From an uncultured delta proteobacterium (GTDB lineage Bacteria; Desulfobacterota; Binatia; Binatales; Binataceae), in NCBI GenBank assembly GCA_963794325.1, contig CAWCDG010000007.1, forward strand, positions 307,447-371,446: a stretch of 64,000 bases of DNA. Direction: 5' to 3'. Numbering within the stretch: position 1 is the stretch's first letter; every line of letters starts with the position of its first letter. A model generated the notes under the pieces. That model did not search any database. It worked only from the letters and a program-made list of their open reading frames with translations, and was not told the origin of the DNA. The translations under genes were made by a program, and so were the position numbers. Below, one piece after another: positions 22,710 to 30,579 of the stretch.

Positions 22710-23109
22710 GTTCTCTCCAGCGGAAGGCATAATCCTGAGCCTGGCCTGTCTCCCTCCGGGGACCTGGACGCCAGAGACGAATCCTGCGCCGAAGTACTTT
22801 CCGGCGCTTCTCGATACCGGCGCGAGCCACACTTGCATATCTCCAAAAGTCGCTGGTGATGTCGGTCTGCTGCCGACCGGCATGCTTCAAATGGCTTCGG
22901 CGACGCACGTAAACGTGACAGTGAACACGTATTTGATCGACGTGGGAATTGTGATCGGCGGCGCGATTTGGTGGGATTTCACGAACCTTCTGGTCCTCGA
23001 ATTCCAGCCATCGGCGGGCAGTGCTTATGAGATGTTGATTGGCAGGGACGTAATTTGTCAGGGTGCGTTAGCTGTCAGTTTCGACGGTCACTACACGTTC
23101 TCAATCTAG
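22690..23109 (+). CDS. Retropepsin-like (clan AA) single-domain aspartic protease
   Basis: ALLDTGASHTCI catalytic motif and LIGRDVI psi-loop motif. Confidence 0.85.
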   Translation: MPCLSGKFSPAEGIILSLACLPPGTWTPETNPAPKYFPALLDTGASHTCISPKVAGDVGLLPTGMLQMASATHVNVTVNTYLIDVGIVIGGAIWWDFTNLLVLEFQPSAGSAYEMLIGRDVICQGALAVSFDGHYTFSI

Positions 23110-23153
23110 CGAGAAGCAAAGGTGCGCTCTCGCCAGATGCAGAGGTAAATCCG

Positions 23154-24548
23154 ATGCTCAGTCCTTATATCGAGGCGCACGAACTGCGCGAGCTGGTGCT
23201 TAAGAAGGAAGTTAAGCTGCGCGAGGTAGCTGAGTTCTTCATCGCGCGCGTCGAGAAGCTCAACCCGAAGCTCGGTGCGTTCATGACCATTACGCCCGAA
23301 CGCGCGCTGGCTGACGCCGACCGACTCGACAAGATGAGTGATGCGGAGCGGCATCGCGCGCCGATGTTCGGGGTGCCTTACTCGATCAAGGACCTCAACT
23401 GGACCAAAGATATCCCGACTTCGATGGGATCAAAGAACTACGAGAACTTCATGCCGCCCGCGGACGAGGAGATCGTCATTCGGATGCGCAATGCGGGCGG
23501 GATTCTACTCGGCAAGACGACGACGCCGGAGTTCGGCGCGCGTCCGACGACTGAAGGCGGCCTTTGTCCGCCGGCGCGCAATCCCTGGAACCTCGAACAT
23601 ACGGCAGGCGGTTCGAGCGGCGGGGCGGGCAGCGCGCTCGCGGCCGGACTCGGGCCGCTGGCGCAGGGCAGCGACGGAGGAGGCTCGATTCGGATCCCGT
23701 CGGCGTGCTGCGGCGTGGTCGGAATCAAACCGTCGCGCGGGCGTATTTCGTTGTCGCCGGTCGCGGGCGAGGCGTGGGCGGGATTCGCGACGTTTGGGCC
23801 GATGGCGCGATCGGTGCGCGACGTCGCGACGATGCTCGATGTGATGCACGGGCCGGTCGTCGGCGATCCATACTGGGCGCCGAAGCCGGTTACTTCTTTC
23901 AGGGCCGCGTGCGATATTCCGCAGCGTCATCTGCGGATTGGGATGATCTCGAAAACCTCGCTGGCGAAAGTCGATTTGGAAACGCTCGCCGCGCTCGACT
24001 CCGCGGCGAAGCTGTTCGAAGAGATGGGCCATCGCGTCGAGCCGATCAGCGCCGATCCGGGCCGCCGCATGCGCGACATCGTGATGTCGCTGATATGCGC
24101 GGGCGTCGCGTCCACGCCGGTCAAGAACATCAACCTGGTCGATCCGGTGGTGCGCGCGCTGTGGGAAGCCGGACAGAAAATCACCGCCGTTGAGTACATT
24201 TTGAACGTCACGCAGATGCATAACATGGCGCGCGAGATTGTGCAGGAACTCGCGCCGTTCGACGCCGTCATTTCGCCGGTCACGAGCCGGCCCGCGGTGA
24301 AGCTCGGCACGTTGCCGTCGCATCCGAGCAAATACCTCAGCGAACTGCCCGAATGGATTCCGTTCACGTTCCCGTTCAACGCGACGGGGCAGCCGGCGTT
24401 CTCGGTGCCGAATGGATTCAGCAAAGCGGGGCTGCCGCTCGCGATGCAAATCGTCGGACGGCAGGCGGACGAAGTGACGATTATCGGGCTGGCGGCGCAA
24501 TTCGAGAAGGCGCGGCCGTGGCACGACAAACATCCGACGCTCGATTAG
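23154..24548 (+). CDS. Amidase signature family enzyme (copy 1)
   Basis: YSIKDL, GGSSGG and SDGGGSIRIP (Ser-cisSer-Lys triad). Confidence 0.92.
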   Translation: MLSPYIEAHELRELVLKKEVKLREVAEFFIARVEKLNPKLGAFMTITPERALADADRLDKMSDAERHRAPMFGVPYSIKDLNWTKDIPTSMGSKNYENFMPPADEEIVIRMRNAGGILLGKTTTPEFGARPTTEGGLCPPARNPWNLEHTAGGSSGGAGSALAAGLGPLAQGSDGGGSIRIPSACCGVVGIKPSRGRISLSPVAGEAWAGFATFGPMARSVRDVATMLDVMHGPVVGDPYWAPKPVTSFRAACDIPQRHLRIGMISKTSLAKVDLETLAALDSAAKLFEEMGHRVEPISADPGRRMRDIVMSLICAGVASTPVKNINLVDPVVRALWEAGQKITAVEYILNVTQMHNMAREIVQELAPFDAVISPVTSRPAVKLGTLPSHPSKYLSELPEWIPFTFPFNATGQPAFSVPNGFSKAGLPLAMQIVGRQADEVTIIGLAAQFEKARPWHDKHPTLD

Positions 24549-24560
24549 CGAGGATACGCG

Positions 24561-25952
24561 ATGCTCAGTCCTTATATCGAAGCGCACGAGTTGCGCGAGC
24601 TGGTGCGAAAAAAAGAAATTCGGGCGCGCGAGGTTGCCGAGTTCTTTCTCGCGCGCATCGAGGCGCTGAATCCAAAGCTGGGTGCGTTCATTACGGTCAC
24701 CGCCGATAGGGCGCTGGCTGATGCGGCGCGGCTCGAAGAGATAAATGCTGCAACCGCCGCCGCGATGCCATTGTTTGGGGTTGCTTATTCACTGAAGGAT
24801 TTGCTTTGGACGAAGGACATTCGCACCACCTTCGGATCGAAGAATTACGAGAACTGGCATGCGCCTGCCGATGCGGAACTTGCGGTGCGGCTGGCGAACT
24901 CGGGCGGAATCCTGCTCGGCAAAACGTCCACGCCGGAATTTGGATTGCGGCCGACCACCGAGGGCGGTCTGTGTCCGCCTGCGCGAAATCCGTGGAACCT
25001 CGAACATACTGCCGGCGGCTCGAGCGGTGGTTCGGCGTCTGCGGTCGCCGCGGGATTGCATCCGGTGGCGCAGGGTAGCGATGGCGGCGGCTCGGTACGA
25101 ATTCCGGCGGCGTGTTGCGGGTTGGTGGGAATCAAGCCATCGCGCGGGCGAATTACCTTCGCGCCGTCTGCAGGCGAAGGATGGGCCGGGCTATCGACTA
25201 CCGGCCCAATTGCGCGCACCGTTCGTGACGCGGCGCTGATGCTCGATGCGATGGCGGGGATGATGCCGGGAGATCCGTACGCGGCGCGGCCGCCGGCGCG
25301 TCCATTCGTCGAGGAAGTCGCTGCGCATCCGAAAACACTCCGGCTCGCGCTTATCAATCAGAGCGCGCTCGGTTCGGTGAACGCGGAGACGCTCGCCGCA
25401 CTCGAGTCCGCATGCGGCGCATTTCGCGAGATGGGGCATAGCGTCGAGCCGATCACGCTCGATCCGGGCGCGATGCTCGGAAAATTTGCGCGTGTGATCG
25501 TCGGCGCGTCGGTCTCGGCGCTGAACATCCCGAATCCGGAGCTGCTCGATCCCGTGGTGCGTGGAAGCTACGATTGGGGCGCCAAAATTTCGGCAGCCGA
25601 CTACATCCGCGCCGTCACCGGGATGCACAATACGTCGCGCGAGGTCATCCACGCGCTGATGCCGTATGACGCGCTGCTCGCCCCGACGTTGACGCGGCCC
25701 GCGGTGCGCATCGGCAGCTTGCCGTCGAATCCCGCGACTGGCGCCGACGAAATCTACGGATGGATCGCGTTCACGTTTCCCTTCAACTCGACCGGACAGC
25801 CGGCGATTTCGATTCCTAACGGATTCAGCAAGGCAGGTTTGCCGCTGGCGCTTCAAATCGTCGGACGTCCCGGGGATGAAGCAGGCATCATCGCGCTCGC
25901 TGCTGAATTCGAGCGCGCACGTCCGTGGAAGGATAAGCATCCTAAGATTTAA
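24561..25952 (+). CDS. Amidase signature family enzyme (copy 2)
   Basis: YSLKDL, GGSSGG and SDGGGSVRIP; paralog of the upstream gene. Confidence 0.92.
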   Translation: MLSPYIEAHELRELVRKKEIRAREVAEFFLARIEALNPKLGAFITVTADRALADAARLEEINAATAAAMPLFGVAYSLKDLLWTKDIRTTFGSKNYENWHAPADAELAVRLANSGGILLGKTSTPEFGLRPTTEGGLCPPARNPWNLEHTAGGSSGGSASAVAAGLHPVAQGSDGGGSVRIPAACCGLVGIKPSRGRITFAPSAGEGWAGLSTTGPIARTVRDAALMLDAMAGMMPGDPYAARPPARPFVEEVAAHPKTLRLALINQSALGSVNAETLAALESACGAFREMGHSVEPITLDPGAMLGKFARVIVGASVSALNIPNPELLDPVVRGSYDWGAKISAADYIRAVTGMHNTSREVIHALMPYDALLAPTLTRPAVRIGSLPSNPATGADEIYGWIAFTFPFNSTGQPAISIPNGFSKAGLPLALQIVGRPGDEAGIIALAAEFERARPWKDKHPKI

Positions 25953-26110
25953 GCGACCTCACCCCAGTTGCTCGCGCATCAGGAGCGGGGAGCCAAAAGG
26001 TTCATTTGTACGACGAGTGCCGTTGCTTCCGGTGCGGCGCTTGAGCATCATAGCGGGCCATCGGGGCGCTGGAACTAATTAAGTGCGCTCATGATAGGGG
26101 AGGGTTCCAG

Positions 26111-26764
26111 ATGCCGCATGATGTGGTCGCGGTTCTCGATTCGATGATTGTCGAGCGGTCGCTGCTCAAGCATCCGTTCTATCAGGCCTGGACTGCGGGG
26201 ACGCTGTCGGTCGAACGGCTGCAGAACTATGCAGTCGAGTACTATCCGCACGTCGCGGCCTTCCCGCGATATTTGAGCGCGATTCATTCGCGATGCATGG
26301 ATATCGCGACTCGGCAGGCGATTCTCGAGAACCTGATGGAGGAGGAGCGCGGCGCCGATAACCATCCCGAGTTGTGGCTGCGCTTCGCTGAGGCGATCGG
26401 CATGCCGCGCGAGCGCGTTCTCGACTCGACTCCGTCGGCGTCGAGCGCGAGCCTGGTGCGTGAGTTCTCGAAGCTGGCCGAGAGCGGGCATGTCGCGAGC
26501 GGACTCGCCGCTCTGTATGCCTACGAATCGCAGATTCCGCCGGTGGCGACTGCAAAAATCGACGGTCTCAAGCGGTTTTATGGCGTCAACGACGAGCGCG
26601 GCCTGGCCTTCTTCACGGTGCATGAGAAAGCGGACGTATGGCACGCGCGGACCGGTGCGGAGCTGATAAGGCGGCATTGCGCCAGCGAGCGCGACCGCGA
26701 TTTGGCGGTCGAGGCCGGGGATCGGGCACTCAGCGCGTTATGGTCGCTGCTCGACGCCTGCTAA
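26111..26764 (+). CDS. CADD-family heme-oxygenase-like dimetal oxidase (putative pABA synthase)
   Basis: KHPFYQAW, ENLMEEE..NHPELW, YAYESQIP, AKIDGL and FFTVHEKADVWH match CADD ligands. Confidence 0.85.
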   Translation: MPHDVVAVLDSMIVERSLLKHPFYQAWTAGTLSVERLQNYAVEYYPHVAAFPRYLSAIHSRCMDIATRQAILENLMEEERGADNHPELWLRFAEAIGMPRERVLDSTPSASSASLVREFSKLAESGHVASGLAALYAYESQIPPVATAKIDGLKRFYGVNDERGLAFFTVHEKADVWHARTGAELIRRHCASERDRDLAVEAGDRALSALWSLLDAC

Positions 26765-26813
26765 CGCGTGATTAGCGTACTATTCGCGCGCTTTTGCCAG
26801 CTCGGCACTACTC

Positions 26814-26829
26814 TGGTGCAAATCTTGCT
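26814..26829 (+). promoter_or_regulatory. sigma54 (-24/-12) promoter
   Basis: TGGTGC-AAATC-TTGCT (GG-N10-GC), about 70 nt upstream of the protease ATG. Confidence 0.6.
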
Positions 26830-26898
26830 GTAAAGGCGTGACTAACTGCGATTTAGAAATTTAGCGCGGGCACAGAAGGGGAGTAACGGGGAGAAAAT

Positions 26899-28029
26899 AT
26901 GACTTTTAAGACGAAGGCGGCAACTTTGGTTGCTTGCATGCTTGCGATTGGTGTTGCGTTGACGCCACAAAATGCGGGTGCCGTGCTGGATTGCAGTAGC
27001 AATCCTCAGCAAACGACACTGGCCCGGCCGATTCCGCTGGGTATTTCGGGCGGAAATATCCGTTCGATGATTATTAACAAGAAAGGAAAGGATGTCGGTT
27101 GTTTCAGTGGGACGCTGGGATCGATGGTCCAGGATTCATCGAATAACCAATATATCCTCAGCAATAATCATGTGCTCGCGGATCAGAACATGGCTAAACC
27201 CGGACAAGCGATCGTGCAGCCCGGCCTCGCAGACCTACAGTGCCTGCAGGCGCCCAGCAACAAGGTAGCTACGTTCAGCCACAAGGTGAAACTCAAGTTC
27301 GGAAGGGGTAAGAACAACGTCGATGCCGCGATTGCGGCGGTTCAACCTGGAGACGTAAGCTCCCAAATCCTCTTCATCGGGCCCATCTCAAGCACGGTGA
27401 ATGGTAGTCCGGCGCTCGGGTTGCCGGTGCAGAAAATGGGCCGTACCAGTTGTCTCACCAACGGAGTGATTGCGACGCTGGACGTCAACCTCACTGTAGA
27501 TTACTCGTTCAACCCCAAGCATCCGAAGTTGGCCAAGTTCGTCAACCAGATGACGATAACTGGCATAAAAGGGGATTTTGGCGGACCGGGAGACTCCGGA
27601 TCGCTGATCGTATCCAGAGATGCTTGCCCGCAGGCGGTTGCTCTACTGTTTGCCGGATCGGCTGACGGAACTTTCACGTTTGCAAATCCAATTTCTGAAG
27701 TGCTGAGCGGGCTGGGCGTTTCGATGGTCGGCACTTGCTCTGATGCGATCGTATCCGAGGGAGATGGTTCAGACGTTGCGGCAGCCGCGGTGGGCATCTC
27801 GAAAGAGGTTGTTGCATCGGCGAAAGCGGTTCGCGACCGGCACGAGGATGAGCTTATGAGCATCCCGGGCGCAGTCGGCAGTGGAATCGCGGCTGGCGAT
27901 CAGCCGGGTCAGGCCACGATAGTAGTTTACGTCGAGAAGCTGACGCCGCAGGTGAGCGCTGCAGCACCGAGAGACGTTGAAGGCACGCCAGTCAACTTGA
28001 TCGAAAGCGGCCACATCGTCGCCTACTGA
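26899..28029 (+). CDS. Secreted trypsin-like serine protease (Nal1-like), copy 1
   Basis: Signal peptide; GTLG, LSNNHVLA, DAAIA and GDSGS catalytic triad. Confidence 0.85.
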   Translation: MTFKTKAATLVACMLAIGVALTPQNAGAVLDCSSNPQQTTLARPIPLGISGGNIRSMIINKKGKDVGCFSGTLGSMVQDSSNNQYILSNNHVLADQNMAKPGQAIVQPGLADLQCLQAPSNKVATFSHKVKLKFGRGKNNVDAAIAAVQPGDVSSQILFIGPISSTVNGSPALGLPVQKMGRTSCLTNGVIATLDVNLTVDYSFNPKHPKLAKFVNQMTITGIKGDFGGPGDSGSLIVSRDACPQAVALLFAGSADGTFTFANPISEVLSGLGVSMVGTCSDAIVSEGDGSDVAAAAVGISKEVVASAKAVRDRHEDELMSIPGAVGSGIAAGDQPGQATIVVYVEKLTPQVSAAAPRDVEGTPVNLIESGHIVAY

Positions 28030-28124
28030 GGTCGCGCGATCGGCTCTGATGCGGTAATCCGATCCGGGTGAACGTGCTCCGAGCGCGGCGGATCGGAGCA
28101 TCGTTGCCCCAAAAAATCACTCTC

Positions 28125-28140
28125 TGGTGCTGATTTCGCT
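28125..28140 (+). promoter_or_regulatory. sigma54 (-24/-12) promoter
   Basis: TGGTGC-TGATT-TCGCT (GG-N10-GC), homologous to the 26814 site. Confidence 0.55.
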
Positions 28141-28191
28141 CGCATGGTGTAATCCCCGGCAGTGCGATTTTTAAAGAAAGGGGCGATCACC

Positions 28192-29292
28192 ACGAAGTAT
28201 CGACCACGAGCGGCGGCATTTGCGGTCTGTTGGTTGGCGATCGCCGCGGCGTCGATGCCGGCGGGCGCGTTCATCAATTGCGATCAGACTTCGACTCTAA
28301 CGCGTCCAATAGACCTTGGTGTTTCGGGCGGCAATATCAAATCGTTCGGGGGGTCCGGTCGCCGCAGATTCTGCTTCAGCGGGACGCTGGGGTCGATGGT
28401 GCAGGACTCCAGCAACCTTCAATACATTCTGAGTAACAATCACGTGCTCGCGGACATCAATAAGGCGAAGCGCGGCGAGATGATCGTGCAGCCCGGCCTG
28501 GTCGACACAGGGCCGCCTTGCACGAAGATACCGGGCGATGCGGTCGCGACGTTCAGCCGCACTGTCAAGATAAAATTCGGAGGCGGCACCAACACGATCG
28601 ATGCCGCGATCGCATTGATTAAGCCGGGAGACGTGAATTCGGACATCCTCAATATTGGTCCGATCGCGAGCTCGGTGGTTGATCCAACGCTCGGGCTGGC
28701 CGTGCAGAAAATGGGCCGTTCGACTTGCGTAACGTCGGCAACGATTTCAGCAGTGAGCATGAACGGGACAATAAACTACGGCAGTGGGAAAAAAGCGAAA
28801 TTTATCAACCAGATCGTGATTGACGGAGACTTCAGCAGTCCCGGCGATTCCGGCTCGCTCATCGTGACGCAGGACGCTTGCCCGCAGGCGGTCGGCCTTC
28901 TGTTCGCGGGCGGGGTGGATAAAACCGGAACCCAGCTGACTATAGCCAATCCAATTTCATCGGTGTTGAGCGGGCTCAAGGTCACGATGGTGGGCGGCTG
29001 CACTGCGGCGGCCGCATCAAGCGCAGCGACACCCGATGTTTTGGCCGGGGACGTGGGTATGTCGAAGGAGGCCGTCGCGTCGGCCGCCTCGGTTCGCGAC
29101 CGGCATGAGGATGAGTTGATGCGCATCCCGGGCGCGGTCGGCACCGGAATCGGCGCGAGCGATCAACCGGGTCAGCCGGCGATTGTGGTCTACGTCAAGA
29201 AGCTGACGCCGGAAGTGCAAGCCGCCGCGCCGAAAGAGATGGAGGGCGTGCCGGTGAAGCTGATCGCGAACGGCGGCTTCGTCGCGTACTGA
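28192..29292 (+). CDS. Secreted trypsin-like serine protease (Nal1-like), copy 2; start uncertain (ACG 28192 or GTG 28162)
   Basis: LSNNHVLA, DAAIA and GDSGS; signal peptide aligns with copy 1 from the ACG. Confidence 0.85.
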   Translation, partial: TKYRPRAAAFAVCWLAIAAASMPAGAFINCDQTSTLTRPIDLGVSGGNIKSFGGSGRRRFCFSGTLGSMVQDSSNLQYILSNNHVLADINKAKRGEMIVQPGLVDTGPPCTKIPGDAVATFSRTVKIKFGGGTNTIDAAIALIKPGDVNSDILNIGPIASSVVDPTLGLAVQKMGRSTCVTSATISAVSMNGTINYGSGKKAKFINQIVIDGDFSSPGDSGSLIVTQDACPQAVGLLFAGGVDKTGTQLTIANPISSVLSGLKVTMVGGCTAAAASSAATPDVLAGDVGMSKEAVASAASVRDRHEDELMRIPGAVGTGIGASDQPGQPAIVVYVKKLTPEVQAAAPKEMEGVPVKLIANGGFVAY

Positions 29293-29304
29293 GATCGATC
29301 GCGT

Positions 29305-30360
29305 TCAGGGCCGCGCTTCGAGGACCAGGTTGAAAGGCGTCGCGGTCGCGCGGCGGACTCTGGTGAAACCGCCGGCGGTCAGGACCTCGAGGAGGCGTGC
29401 TTCTCCCGCTTGTGTGCCGAGGCCTTTGCCTACTTCCTGTGACAGCGAAGCCGGAACGCAGATCATCGTCGATGCGGCGTAGAATACGCGGCCGATCGGA
29501 TTGAGGTTGTCCTCGAGGCGGTCGTTGCCGAAGGGCTCGACTACCATCCAGGTTCCATCTTTGGCGAGCGTGCTTCTCACGTGCGCGGCTGCGCCGACTG
29601 GATCGCCCATGTCGTGCAGGCAGTCGAAGAACGCGACCAGGTCGAAGGTCCCGGGATAGTCTTTGGACGAGGCGCGCTCGAAGGTGGCGCGATCGGCGAC
29701 GCCTGCCTCGCGCGCTGCTTCGCGGGCGCGGTCGATCGACGGCTGATGATAGTCGAAGCCGAAGAATTTCGATTTCGGGAAAGCTTTCGCCATCAGGATT
29801 ACCGAAGCGCCGTGGCCGCATCCGACGTCCGCGACGCGCGCGCCGCGGACGAGTTTTTCGCGGACGCCGTCGAGCGCGGGAATCCACTCGGAGACCAGAT
29901 GCATCGCGTAGCTGGGGCGGAAGAAGCGTTCGGTGCCACTGAACAAGCATGCGTCGTGCTCATGCCATCCGACGCCGCCGCCGTTTCGAAACGCGTTGGC
30001 GACTTTGGGCTCATCGCGCAGCGTGGCGGCGACAATCTCGTACATCGCGGGGAAGAACGCCGGGCCGCTTTCGTCGGCGAGCAGCAGTGCCTGCTCGGGC
30101 GACATCGAAAAGCGCCCGGAACTGGCGTCGTAGTTGATGTAACCGGCGGCGGCCTGGCCGGCGGCCCATTCGCGCACGTAGCGCTCGACGGTGCCGGTCT
30201 TCGATGCGAGTTCGGCGGGGTTCATCGGACCCTCGGCGGCGAGGGTTTTGTAAAATCCAAACTTGTCGCCGAGCAGCACCAGCGCCGAGCCCATCGCAGC
30301 ACCGACGTCGCCGAACATTCTGCCCATCAGTTCCTGGAGCTTGTTGTCGTCAATAGCCAT
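29305..30360 (-). CDS. Class I SAM methyltransferase with N-terminal wHTH (Rv2258c-like)
   Basis: ERYVREW, VADVGCGHG and FDCLHDMGDP. Confidence 0.9.
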   Translation of the reverse strand: MAIDDNKLQELMGRMFGDVGAAMGSALVLLGDKFGFYKTLAAEGPMNPAELASKTGTVERYVREWAAGQAAAGYINYDASSGRFSMSPEQALLLADESGPAFFPAMYEIVAATLRDEPKVANAFRNGGGVGWHEHDACLFSGTERFFRPSYAMHLVSEWIPALDGVREKLVRGARVADVGCGHGASVILMAKAFPKSKFFGFDYHQPSIDRAREAAREAGVADRATFERASSKDYPGTFDLVAFFDCLHDMGDPVGAAAHVRSTLAKDGTWMVVEPFGNDRLEDNLNPIGRVFYAASTMICVPASLSQEVGKGLGTQAGEARLLEVLTAGGFTRVRRATATPFNLVLEARP

Positions 30361-30449
30361 CGTTTTTTCAGTATTAAGGCCGCGCTCCGTTGTCGCGCGC
30401 GGATCGATCTTTAGGCCGCGGGCGCGACTACGTCAATGCGGTCTTTATA

Positions 30450-30555
30450 GTGGGGCGGGCCGCCGTGCCCGCCATCGATGCGTGGGCGTCCGCGCCCACG
30501 CTTACCGACGATTGACTCACCTTGAGGAGAGGGCGGGCACATAGGCCCATGCCAC
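30450..30555. repeat. Inverted REP doublet (REPIN-like)
   Basis: GTGGGGCGGGCCGCCGTGCCCGCC ... GGCGGGCACATAGGCCCATGCCAC form an imperfect inverted pair. Confidence 0.6.
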
Positions 30556-30579
30556 TGGTCATCGCAACAGACTAGCTTC

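Noticed and set aside
22690-23109. Retroelement origin of the aspartic protease
   Set aside because: No reverse transcriptase, integrase or terminal repeats nearby
23154-25952. gatA assignment for the amidases
   Set aside because: No gatB/gatC nearby; they lack GatA-specific GSDTGGSIRQP and EFAMG motifs
26111-26764. pqqC assignment
   Set aside because: No pqqABDE neighbours; the motifs fit CADD better
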